A stretch of 42,831 nucleotides of DNA from an uncultured Gammaproteobacteria bacterium (GTDB taxonomy: Bacteria > Patescibacteriota > Patescibacteriia > Patescibacteriales > UBA12465), in the NCBI GenBank assembly GCA_964351585.1, contig CAYGOK010000003.1, positions 10,043 through 52,873 of the forward strand, in the 5' to 3' direction. Positions 6,436 to 14,127 of this stretch are shown here, piece after piece. Every line of letters begins with the position of its first letter. Position 1 is the first letter of the stretch. The notes below the pieces were generated by a model. That model worked only from the letters and a program-made list of their open reading frames with translations, was not told the DNA's origin and searched no databases. Position numbers and translations under genes: made by a program.

Positions 6436-9099
6436 TTATTGGCAGTTGCCATTTTCATCTAAATTATTAGAAGGAGATCCAAAACAACAAGATGGATTTT
6501 CCCAAGTAGCCTCACAGCTTGGACCTGAACTAGGTTTAAAACAATTTTGATAAACGTCTTTAACACCAGAGCCGGCCTGAGAAATATAAGAAAGTGATTC
6601 TGAAAATAAAGAATGTTTAATCTGGGCTACTGTTAAGTCAGTCACACCGTCTAAAGGAGAAACGTCCTTGTCCTCAGAGGTTATCCAATAACCCAGGGGA
6701 GAGGCAGCAGCACTCTTCAAATTAATGAATTTATGCTCCGTAGCAGTCTGACCATTATTCAAAATTTTGCTACCAGACCTAAGTGTACTAGACATCATTA
6801 AGGTATTAAAAGTAATTTCCACCGGATCAGTTAAAGCGGTAATGTCTGTTTGTCCATTGTTTGGCGTAATAGCGGTAATGCGTGGCGAAGATAGCTCTTT
6901 TTGGTCATTAACAAAGAAGGAGAAGCGGTAACTATCTTTATTATCAACTACACCATTATTCTCATTGAAATAAGAGATTGGCCCATCAGCCGCAGTATCA
7001 CGATTACCATCTAAAGAATTGAAGGCGGTATCAGTAATGCCACTCATCGTTGCAATGTTGGCCAGTGGATAGTTTCTCTGTCCTGCGTCTTGGCAGGTAC
7101 GATAACCGAGCGGGCTCATAACACAAGATCTATAAGGACTAAAGGCGGCGCAATCTTGATCGCTCGCACAAGTTTTTAAATCTGCAGCTTTAATTTCTAG
7201 AGCTAAGTTACTATTTGGCGGCAAACAATAAACCTTTTCACCGCAACCATTAATTCCACATTCATTATCAGAAATAAATTCAACTGTTTTGTAACCATTA
7301 GAAATCATAAACTGTCCATTTACATAACTGCCGACGCAGGAACCGCCGTCACATTTATAGGAAAGGCATTCGGAATTGATAGCACAAGCAGTGCCAGCTG
7401 ATTTGCCGCCATTAGCATTTACTAAACGAATATAAGAAGACACGTCGCTAGCGGAACCAGAAAGCGTAGCTGGGTTCATGGCCTCATTAAAGGTCACCTT
7501 GATGGCCGCGTTCATTGGCACATCTTTCTTATCATTAATAACATAGGTAATTCGTTGATCAGCGCCACCAGAAAACTGGGTTAGACCAAGAGCGCTACTA
7601 TTACTAGTGCTGAGGGCTAATCCATTAGCAGCGCTTCCGGCTACTTTAGCCGTCAATGAAACACGACTACCGGTACGAGTTACGTTCACATCGGGGTGGC
7701 CGCTTAACTTAGCCTGGATATCAGCCGCTTGATTATCCGCATTGCAGGTACCAGTCCGAACGATAATATTATTATTTTCACCAGTAGCAGCAAAGACATA
7801 TTTAACATTGCCAACCGTTAGAGTGTCGGCCAATTGTTCAGGGGTAATTTCTATTTCCCAGGAATTACCAGCAGCATGACTATCGGCTTTTAAGCTAAAA
7901 TATCCATCAAAAGTTACTCTATGGTCGGAAGTAAAATCAGCCACGCCCAATAAGGCATTAGTGTTACGATTAAATAGTTGGGCACGATTAGGCTCGTCCG
8001 CTGGGACGGAAACCATGAAACGATTTATTACGCCATGATAATCTAATGTTACCTCGGCTCCCGGGGTAACTCGATTTAACACAGCTGGTATATATACTCT
8101 TGGACAACCATTAACAAATATTTCTGCAGTTGCGTTAGCTGAGACAGTGCTCACCCCAATTTGATCTTGAAGATTATCAGGGCGAGGAAATATAGAACGA
8201 GCAACCACTTGTGGCGGGGTTAAATCTAAACGAGAACCAACTTCAAAACCCCAAACAAGCTCACTTGCGCTACAGGTTCTAAACATAGAGGAGCCATCTG
8301 CCTTCTTTAAATCTGAAGTTATTTTTACGGCATAATCAGTATTAGCCTCTGCTGAACCAAGATAGCTTAAAGGAGAAAATATCAGTGTTCTCTTATCGGC
8401 TGATATAGCTACAGCGACATCGGTAACATTAGAATTTGGGTTTGGACAGTTAACACCACAGGCATCATTTAATTCCTGCTTATATATTCTAATTGTCTTA
8501 GGATTAATTAAAGAGCAGGCGCCATTATCACAAGCGCAAGGACTGCCACCAGCATCCACACAAGCAGAAGCGGCATCAATTTCTTCTTTAAAAGTAACAA
8601 TTATAGAAGTATTTCTAGGTACATCACGCTGATTGCTTTCTGGGTAAACAGTTTGAACTGAGCAGGAGCCAATAGCCCCTAAACCAGCACTAAAATTATT
8701 TCCTGAATAAGCTCCAGGTTGATTAACGCCGTTACCAGAGATAGCACTCATTAATCTATCTAACAAGAAGGTGGTAATTGCCCAAGAAGATAAAATAATC
8801 ACTAAACCAATAACTGCGTTCTTAAGAATATTTTTTGCATTTCTAATTTTCTCCTCTTCGCCGCCAGAAGTCATCCACAAAAAGCCGGCATAGATTATTA
8901 AGCCAAGAGTAACGACACCAAGTAAGCTTAAGGCGACCTGAATAATACGCCCAATAATAGCTCGTGGGTCACTAGAAGACAAAGCGATTGTGCTTTCAAT
9001 CGGATCTAAACCGAAATCTTGCGCTAGAGAGATTTTAGCAGTCAGCAAAACTACTGATGCCAAAAAAAAGCCGAAAATTATCTTGAATCTTTTCAACAT
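6436..9099 (-). CDS. Large (887 aa) secreted surface protein: VirB2/TrbC-like pilin-type N-terminal anchor followed by several Ig-like (Big_5/SbsA-type) domains and Cys-knot-like segments
   Basis: ATG at 9099. N-terminus: MLKRFKIIFGFFLASVVLLTAKISLAQ|D...DPRAIIGRIIQVALSLLGVVTLGLIIYAGFLWMTSGGEEEKIRNAKNILKNAVIGLVIILSSWAITTFLLDRL. Repeated pattern 'P..g..dVp.n..I.vtF.e.m...t', e.g. VYPESNQRDVPRNTSIIVTFKEEID, NDKKDVPMNAAIKVTFNEAMNPATL and ITPNNGQTDITALTDPVEITFNTLM. About 30 Cys. The stop lies 9 nt before the next gene. Confidence 0.85.
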   Translation of the reverse strand: MLKRFKIIFGFFLASVVLLTAKISLAQDFGLDPIESTIALSSSDPRAIIGRIIQVALSLLGVVTLGLIIYAGFLWMTSGGEEEKIRNAKNILKNAVIGLVIILSSWAITTFLLDRLMSAISGNGVNQPGAYSGNNFSAGLGAIGSCSVQTVYPESNQRDVPRNTSIIVTFKEEIDAASACVDAGGSPCACDNGACSLINPKTIRIYKQELNDACGVNCPNPNSNVTDVAVAISADKRTLIFSPLSYLGSAEANTDYAVKITSDLKKADGSSMFRTCSASELVWGFEVGSRLDLTPPQVVARSIFPRPDNLQDQIGVSTVSANATAEIFVNGCPRVYIPAVLNRVTPGAEVTLDYHGVINRFMVSVPADEPNRAQLFNRNTNALLGVADFTSDHRVTFDGYFSLKADSHAAGNSWEIEITPEQLADTLTVGNVKYVFAATGENNNIIVRTGTCNADNQAADIQAKLSGHPDVNVTRTGSRVSLTAKVAGSAANGLALSTSNSSALGLTQFSGGADQRITYVINDKKDVPMNAAIKVTFNEAMNPATLSGSASDVSSYIRLVNANGGKSAGTACAINSECLSYKCDGGSCVGSYVNGQFMISNGYKTVEFISDNECGINGCGEKVYCLPPNSNLALEIKAADLKTCASDQDCAAFSPYRSCVMSPLGYRTCQDAGQRNYPLANIATMSGITDTAFNSLDGNRDTAADGPISYFNENNGVVDNKDSYRFSFFVNDQKELSSPRITAITPNNGQTDITALTDPVEITFNTLMMSSTLRSGSKILNNGQTATEHKFINLKSAAASPLGYWITSEDKDVSPLDGVTDLTVAQIKHSLFSESLSYISQAGSGVKDVYQNCFKPSSGPSCEATWENPSCCFGSPSNNLDENGNCQ
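8752..9099 (-). repeat. Copy 2 of the paralogous N-terminal pilin-like module
   Basis: Residues 1-116 of the 887-aa protein. See 6070-6426. Confidence 0.8.
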
Positions 9100-9157
9100 T
9101 TTTTCCCAGGAGGTCTTTAAAAATACTCCTTTTAATGCTATACTTTATTATGCTTTT

Positions 9158-9166
9158 ATTATAACA
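9158..9166 (-). promoter_or_regulatory. Candidate extended -10 promoter element (TGTTATAAT) for the surface-protein operon
   Basis: The plus strand reads attataaca, so the minus strand reads TGTTATAAT, about 59 nt upstream of ATG 9099. It lies in the 93-nt divergent intergenic region shared with the rel gene. Confidence 0.4.
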
Positions 9167-9192
9167 TAAGCATGGCAAAATAAAAACTATTT

Positions 9193-10656
9193 ATGACCAT
9201 AGAACGGATCATCAAAAAATTTACTGACAACAATCCGGGAGTAGACGCTAGCATCCTAGAAAGAGCTTTTCTTTTTGCTGATGCCGCTCATACAGGGCAG
9301 CTACGAAAAAATGGTGAGCCTTACATTCAACACCCATTACACACCGCTTATATTCTGGCGGAAATTCGCGCCGATCTACCAACTGTAGCCGCTGGTATTC
9401 TTCATGATGTTCCCGAAGATACTGAGAGAACCCTAGAAGAAATAGAGATGGAGTTTGGCGCTGAGATTGCCAGTCTAGTAAAAGGCGTAACCAAATTAAG
9501 TAAAATTAAATATCGTGGCATTGAGCGTTATCGAGAAAATCTTAAGAAAATGTTTCTCGCAATTACCAGTGATTTACGTGTTGTTTTTATTAAGTTTTGT
9601 GATCGTTTAAATAATTTGCGCACGCTTGATTCTTTGCCGCCGGATAAAAAAAGAAGAATAGCAGCAGAAACCCTGGAGATCTATGCTCCTGTTGCTGGCT
9701 TACTAGGAATCGAACGTCTTAAATGGCAAATGGAAGATATCTGCTTTAAGCATCTCTTTCCTGAAAAATTCAATGAGCTGGAGTATAAATATGAAGTGGA
9801 AAAAAAAGTTGAAAGACAACGTTTTTTTCAAAATGTACGTGGTGTTTTAAAGCCAAAACTTGAAGAAGCTGGCATAAATTATGAAATCGAAGCGCGCTTC
9901 AAACATCTCTACAGCATCTTTAAAAAGATGCAAGAAAAAGATAGAAAATTCAACGAAATTTATGATGTATTTGCCATGCGCATTGTTGTTCCCACTATTG
10001 ACGATTGCTATAAAGTATTAGGTGTTATTCATACTATTTGGAAACCAAAACCGAACCGCTTTAAAGATTATATCGCTGTTCCTAAGCCAAACGGCTACCG
10101 ATCACTACACACTACTATTTTTGGCCCCGAAGGCAAGCCAACCGAATTTCAAATTCGTACCAAAGAAATGCACGAAGAGGCTTTATACGGTATCGCCGCT
10201 CACTGGTACTACAAATCTAAGGGCAATAACGACGCCTATCAGCAACCACGCTGGATTAAGGAAATTGTTGATATTCAAAAAGAAATTACTAATACCTCTG
10301 AGTTGGTAAAGAACGTAAAAATGGATATTTTTCGCGACCGCATTTTTGTCTTTTCGCCCAAAGGAGACGTTTTTGAGCTACCAGAAAAATCTACTCCCAT
10401 TGATTTCGCGTATGCAATTCATGGCAATGTCGGCAACAAAGCCTCTGGTGTATTAATCAATGATAAACTTGGACGTCTTGACCAGGAATTAAAAAATGGC
10501 GACATGGTAGAAATAATTATTGAAAAAAATCGTCAACACCCAAATAAAGACTGGATAAAATTTGTTAAAACTAAACGTGCCCGTGATCAAATTAAGCAAC
10601 ATGCAAAAAAATCTACCCTCGAAAACATCAAGCGCTTAATTCCGGGAATGAAATAA
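9193..10656 (+). CDS. rel: RelA/SpoT-homolog (p)ppGpp synthetase/hydrolase, short form (HD + synthetase + TGS domains; no C-terminal ACT/RRM region)
   Basis: HD motif: HPLHTAYILAE...ILHDVPEDT. Synthetase motif: PKPNGYRSLHTTIFGPEGKPTEFQIRTKEMHEEALYGIAAHWYYK. TGS motif: IFVFSPKGDVFELPEKSTPIDFAYAIHGNVG...NGDMVEII. The protein ends about 45 aa after TGS. Confidence 0.9.
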   Translation: MTIERIIKKFTDNNPGVDASILERAFLFADAAHTGQLRKNGEPYIQHPLHTAYILAEIRADLPTVAAGILHDVPEDTERTLEEIEMEFGAEIASLVKGVTKLSKIKYRGIERYRENLKKMFLAITSDLRVVFIKFCDRLNNLRTLDSLPPDKKRRIAAETLEIYAPVAGLLGIERLKWQMEDICFKHLFPEKFNELEYKYEVEKKVERQRFFQNVRGVLKPKLEEAGINYEIEARFKHLYSIFKKMQEKDRKFNEIYDVFAMRIVVPTIDDCYKVLGVIHTIWKPKPNRFKDYIAVPKPNGYRSLHTTIFGPEGKPTEFQIRTKEMHEEALYGIAAHWYYKSKGNNDAYQQPRWIKEIVDIQKEITNTSELVKNVKMDIFRDRIFVFSPKGDVFELPEKSTPIDFAYAIHGNVGNKASGVLINDKLGRLDQELKNGDMVEIIIEKNRQHPNKDWIKFVKTKRARDQIKQHAKKSTLENIKRLIPGMK

Positions 10657-10664
10657 AGATGTTA

Positions 10665-10705
10665 ACACAAAAAACGCCCCCATTTGGGGGGCGTTTTTAT
10701 TTTAT
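10665..10705. terminator. Bidirectional rho-independent terminator between convergent rel and rpsU
   Basis: aaaaaaCGCCCCC-attt-GGGGGGCGttttt: GC stem (10675-10681 / 10686-10693) flanked by an A-run and a T-run. Confidence 0.7.
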
Positions 10706-10717
10706 AGAAGCAAAAAT

Positions 10718-10948
10718 TTATCTTCTGGTAGTTTCTGGAAGTTTGCCGGTCTTGCGCAAAAATTCATTTTTCTTACTCAATGCTAACCCTGACAAAGCGC
10801 GTTTTTTGAAAATACGCTTGGTCTGTTTTGGTTCCAAATGCTGTTTGGATCGGGCTTTATCCAGCCTTTTGCTGTTTTTTAAGCCTTTCTTAAATTTTCT
10901 GAGAAAGCCTTCAAAACTTTCTCCTGGTTTTCTTTTGAAATCAGCCAT
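10718..10948 (-). CDS. rpsU: 30S ribosomal protein S21
   Basis: 76-aa basic protein. GESFEGFLRKFKKGLKNSKRLDKARSKQHLEPKQTKRIFKK matches the S21 pattern (ESLEDALRRFKR...AR.R.FYEKPS.KRK.K). Its ATG overlaps the hisS stop (TAATG). Confidence 0.7.
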   Translation of the reverse strand: MADFKRKPGESFEGFLRKFKKGLKNSKRLDKARSKQHLEPKQTKRIFKKRALSGLALSKKNEFLRKTGKLPETTRR

Positions 10949-12315
10949 TAGAATACACCTCCCTTTCTAAGACTTAGTTTTTTATCATATCTGTCCTTGC
11001 GTGACAGCCTTTCTTTAACCTTTTTAAACACTAGGGTTTCTTGAGCGCCGGAATCTACGTCTCTCATAAGAATAGTTCCGTCCATTATTTCTTTTTTACC
11101 TAATATTAAACAAGTTGTTGCTTTAATGGCAGTCGCCTCCTCAATTTGGAACTTTAGACTATCAGAAGCTAGAGCTTGTCTAACGTTAAAACCGGCTTTA
11201 CGCAAATCTTCAAATAGCTGCAGAGCTTTCAGTTTTGCCTGATCGCCGAGCTGAGCAATGAATACTATATCTTGTTCAGTCTTATTTGTCAAAGCTTGCT
11301 TATCTTTAATACGACCGATAGTTCTTTCGATGCCAATAGCAATTCCAGAAGCTGGTGCGGCTTGTCCACCCAGACTCTCAACCAAGTTATCATACCGACC
11401 ACCGCCTGCTAAAGCTAGGCGACCAACACTACCATCATCATTAACCGGCCAGAATTCAAAAACAATATCATTATAATAATTTAAACCACGAACTAAATAC
11501 GGATTGAAGTTGTAGCTAATATTGAGTTCATCTAAAAATTCCAAAGTCTTGGCCAAGTATTCACGACTGGCATCAGATAAAAAGTCAGCAATCTGTGGCG
11601 CTTCTTCTCTTAACTTTAAACAAGACTCTTCTTTGCAATCTAGTAAACTTAAACAATTCTTGCCTAAACTATTTTTACAGGCATTACACAATTTAGAACG
11701 ATGTCCTCTTTCTTTGTAAAAATTAAATAACTTAGCACAATAGTTCTTACGACACTCAGCGTCTCCCAGGCTATTAATCTGTAGCTGGGCTTTAACCTGC
11801 ATCTCTTCAAAAAAATTATTAGCAATCATTATTAGAACCGCTTCTGCCATTGGTTTTTTATCACCAATAATTTCTAAATCAAATTGAGTTGATTCTCGAT
11901 AGCGACCGCTCTGCAACTTCTCTCTACGAAAAATAGAGCCAATCGAAAACAAGCGAGCAGTTTTCATCTCTGCTTGCAAACCATTCTCTAAATAAGAGCG
12001 CACAATTCCCTGAGTAATCTCTGGGCGCAAAACAGTTTTTTCTCCTTTCTCCCCCTCAACAGCATAAACTTCCTTATCGCTCTCGCGTCGAGATGATTTT
12101 TTATATAAATCAAAGCTCTCTAAAATCGGTGTTTTTACAGGAGAGAAACCGTAAAGTTGGGCTAAGTGATTAGCTTTTTCTACAGCTAGATCAAAACAAG
12201 CCTGTTCAACGCCAGAAAAATCTTTCATCCCCAAAAGACGACCCGGAGTCTTATCATTCTTTCTTTCTGTTTTAACGACCGGAGACTCGGACGCACCTTT
12301 CTTCCTTCTAGGCAT
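10948..12315 (-). CDS. hisS: Histidine--tRNA ligase
   Basis: Class II motifs: LRPEITQGIVRSY, FRREKLQSGRYRESTQFDLEIIG and GGGRYDNLVESLGG, plus a C-terminal anticodon-binding domain. It carries a basic N-terminal extension of about 27 aa. Confidence 0.9.
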   Translation of the reverse strand: MPRRKKGASESPVVKTERKNDKTPGRLLGMKDFSGVEQACFDLAVEKANHLAQLYGFSPVKTPILESFDLYKKSSRRESDKEVYAVEGEKGEKTVLRPEITQGIVRSYLENGLQAEMKTARLFSIGSIFRREKLQSGRYRESTQFDLEIIGDKKPMAEAVLIMIANNFFEEMQVKAQLQINSLGDAECRKNYCAKLFNFYKERGHRSKLCNACKNSLGKNCLSLLDCKEESCLKLREEAPQIADFLSDASREYLAKTLEFLDELNISYNFNPYLVRGLNYYNDIVFEFWPVNDDGSVGRLALAGGGRYDNLVESLGGQAAPASGIAIGIERTIGRIKDKQALTNKTEQDIVFIAQLGDQAKLKALQLFEDLRKAGFNVRQALASDSLKFQIEEATAIKATTCLILGKKEIMDGTILMRDVDSGAQETLVFKKVKERLSRKDRYDKKLSLRKGGVF

Positions 12316-12346
12316 AATGTTATATTTTTATTTTCTCTTTCTTATA

Positions 12347-12928
12347 CTAATTAGAAACTATTTCTCCGTACTGCGGCCAATAATTCCGATCGAAAAGAGT
12401 TACACGACTAAAGGGCCAGCCACGAAATAATACTTTACCGGTAATAAAAGCTTTATCAACTGGACCGAAGCTGCGAGAATCTTTAGAGGCAGGGCGATTA
12501 TCCCCGAGCACAAAATACTCATTATCACCCACCTTAATTAGAGACTCACTATTATCATAAGTCCCCAAACCATCTGGTAAGTATACTTCATTAAGCACCG
12601 TGCCTTCAGGATATAAAGCGTTAAATATTTTTACCCGACCATCTTTTATTTGCACTTCCTCTCCCGGCAAACCAATTATGCGCTTAATAAAGTATTCTTG
12701 TGGATCCTTAGGATAGCGAAAAACAATAACTTGTCCACGGGTCGGCTCATTAAAGCGATAGCTAATTTCATCAATAATCAAATACTCATGATCGTGAAAA
12801 TTTGGCTCCATTGAAGCTCCTTTAACATAAAACGGCTGAATCAAATAGTAGCGCACCGGCAAAATAATAGCCAAAGAAATACTAACAACTTTAATTATTT
12901 CCCAAACGAAAAGAAAAAATTTACGCAT
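12347..12928 (-). CDS. lepB: Signal peptidase I
   Basis: N-terminal TM helix. Catalytic Ser box GASMEPNF, the Lys region in the segment RIIGLPGE, and GDNRPASKDSR. Confidence 0.9.
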   Translation of the reverse strand: MRKFFLFVWEIIKVVSISLAIILPVRYYLIQPFYVKGASMEPNFHDHEYLIIDEISYRFNEPTRGQVIVFRYPKDPQEYFIKRIIGLPGEEVQIKDGRVKIFNALYPEGTVLNEVYLPDGLGTYDNSESLIKVGDNEYFVLGDNRPASKDSRSFGPVDKAFITGKVLFRGWPFSRVTLFDRNYWPQYGEIVSN

Positions 12929-13062
12929 AAAATTGCTAGAGAAATAAAAGATTCTCTGCTTAACTTAATTGTTCTTGATAATAGCAAGAACAGCTTACAG
13001 TTTATCAAAAAAAACAAGAAAAATCAAATATGCCTAAATATGAGATAATCAAGATAAAGTGC

Positions 13063-14121
13063 TTAGATTATCAACATAGCGTCACCATAACTAAAGAAGC
13101 GATAATTTTTAGAAATGGCCTCATGATAGGCTTGTAAAATATTATCTTTACCTGCTAAGGCACTAACTAACATTAGTAAAGTTGACTCAGGAAGATGAAA
13201 ATTAGTAATTAAAGCGTCTACTATTTTAAATTGATATCCAGGATAAATGAAGATATCTGTACGAAATAATAAATCACCTAATAATTTACTAGCGTTAAGA
13301 GAGCCATGCGGGCCAGCGGCCGCTTCTAGGGATCGACAGCTAGTTGTACCAACTGCAATTACTCTGCGACCAGCTTGCTTTGCTTGAATAATATCTTGCC
13401 AAACTTCGGCGGCTATTTCTACCGATTCGCTATGCATCTTATGATCAGTAATCAGCTCGGTTTTAACTGGTGAAAAAGTTCCCAGGCCAACATGCAAGGT
13501 TATAAACTTAATTTTTACGCCCTTGTCTTCAATCTTCTTAAGCAGGCTATCAGTAAAATGAAGACCAGCTGTTGGCGCAGCGACTGAGCCATCCTTACCA
13601 TTCGCCGCAAAAACTGTTTGATAACTAACTTTATCTTTTTTACCTCCACGCGGATTTTTAATATAAGGAGGCAGCGGCACTTCACCAATTTTATTTATCT
13701 CGTTAAAAAAGTCAGCGCCTGTTAAATTAAAGTTTACATTTCTGGTACCGTCTTGATTATCAGAGCCAATAATAGCAAATAGCTTAGTTGATAAATCAAC
13801 TATCTGGCCAGTCTTAAGTCGCCCCCTAACCAAACACTCCCAAGCATCATCGGCTATTTTCTGATGTAAAAAAATTTCGATACTACCACCGGAGTCACGC
13901 TTATGACCATGCAATCTGGCAGGAAAAACCTTCGAATTATTTAAAACCAAAATATCACCCGCTTGGAGATAGTCTACTATATCAAAAAAATGACGATGAT
14001 TAATTTCGCCATCATCTTTATATAATACCAGTAATCGAGAGCTATCTCGTGGTTGAGCTGGTTCTTGAGCAATTAATTTTGACGGTAAACTATAAGAAAA
14101 ATCTGAGGTCTTAAAATCCAT
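13063..14121 (-). CDS. queA: S-adenosylmethionine:tRNA ribosyltransferase-isomerase
   Basis: FSYSLPSKLIAQEPAQPRDSSRLLV, PLPPYI, YQTVFA and GSVAAPTAGLHFT are typical QueA motifs. It sits immediately downstream of ruvB, a common synteny. Confidence 0.9.
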   Translation of the reverse strand: MDFKTSDFSYSLPSKLIAQEPAQPRDSSRLLVLYKDDGEINHRHFFDIVDYLQAGDILVLNNSKVFPARLHGHKRDSGGSIEIFLHQKIADDAWECLVRGRLKTGQIVDLSTKLFAIIGSDNQDGTRNVNFNLTGADFFNEINKIGEVPLPPYIKNPRGGKKDKVSYQTVFAANGKDGSVAAPTAGLHFTDSLLKKIEDKGVKIKFITLHVGLGTFSPVKTELITDHKMHSESVEIAAEVWQDIIQAKQAGRRVIAVGTTSCRSLEAAAGPHGSLNASKLLGDLLFRTDIFIYPGYQFKIVDALITNFHLPESTLLMLVSALAGKDNILQAYHEAISKNYRFFSYGDAMLII

Positions 14122-14127
14122 ATCAAC

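Noticed and set aside
702-6550. Multiple 60-137-aa ORFs on the plus strand or in other frames inside the giant gene (702-890, 1253-1507, 1751-1969, 2676-2879, 2797-3039, 3036-3449, 4803-5033, 5608-5901, 6230-6550).
   Set aside because: All are fully embedded in, or antisense to, the 5.8-kb ORF. Their products are low-complexity with no motifs. They are typical shadow ORFs of a long compositionally biased gene.
1-9099. Interpreting the pilin-like modules as evidence for a conjugative or effector T4SS locus.
   Set aside because: No VirB4, VirD4, VirB6, VirB8-10 or relaxase genes are present in the window. Only the VirB2-like module is present, so a T4SS cannot be claimed from this sequence.
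10659-10970. 103-aa plus-strand ORF.
   Set aside because: It is antisense to the well-supported rpsU gene and spans the bidirectional terminator. Its sequence looks like nonsense hydrophobic residues.
12929-13062. Inverted repeat TGTTCTTG-ataatag-CAAGAACA in the queA-lepB spacer, considered as a terminator or ncRNA.
   Set aside because: No T-run follows it on the transcribed (minus) strand and the stem is AT-rich. The evidence is insufficient, and it may just be promoter-region symmetry.
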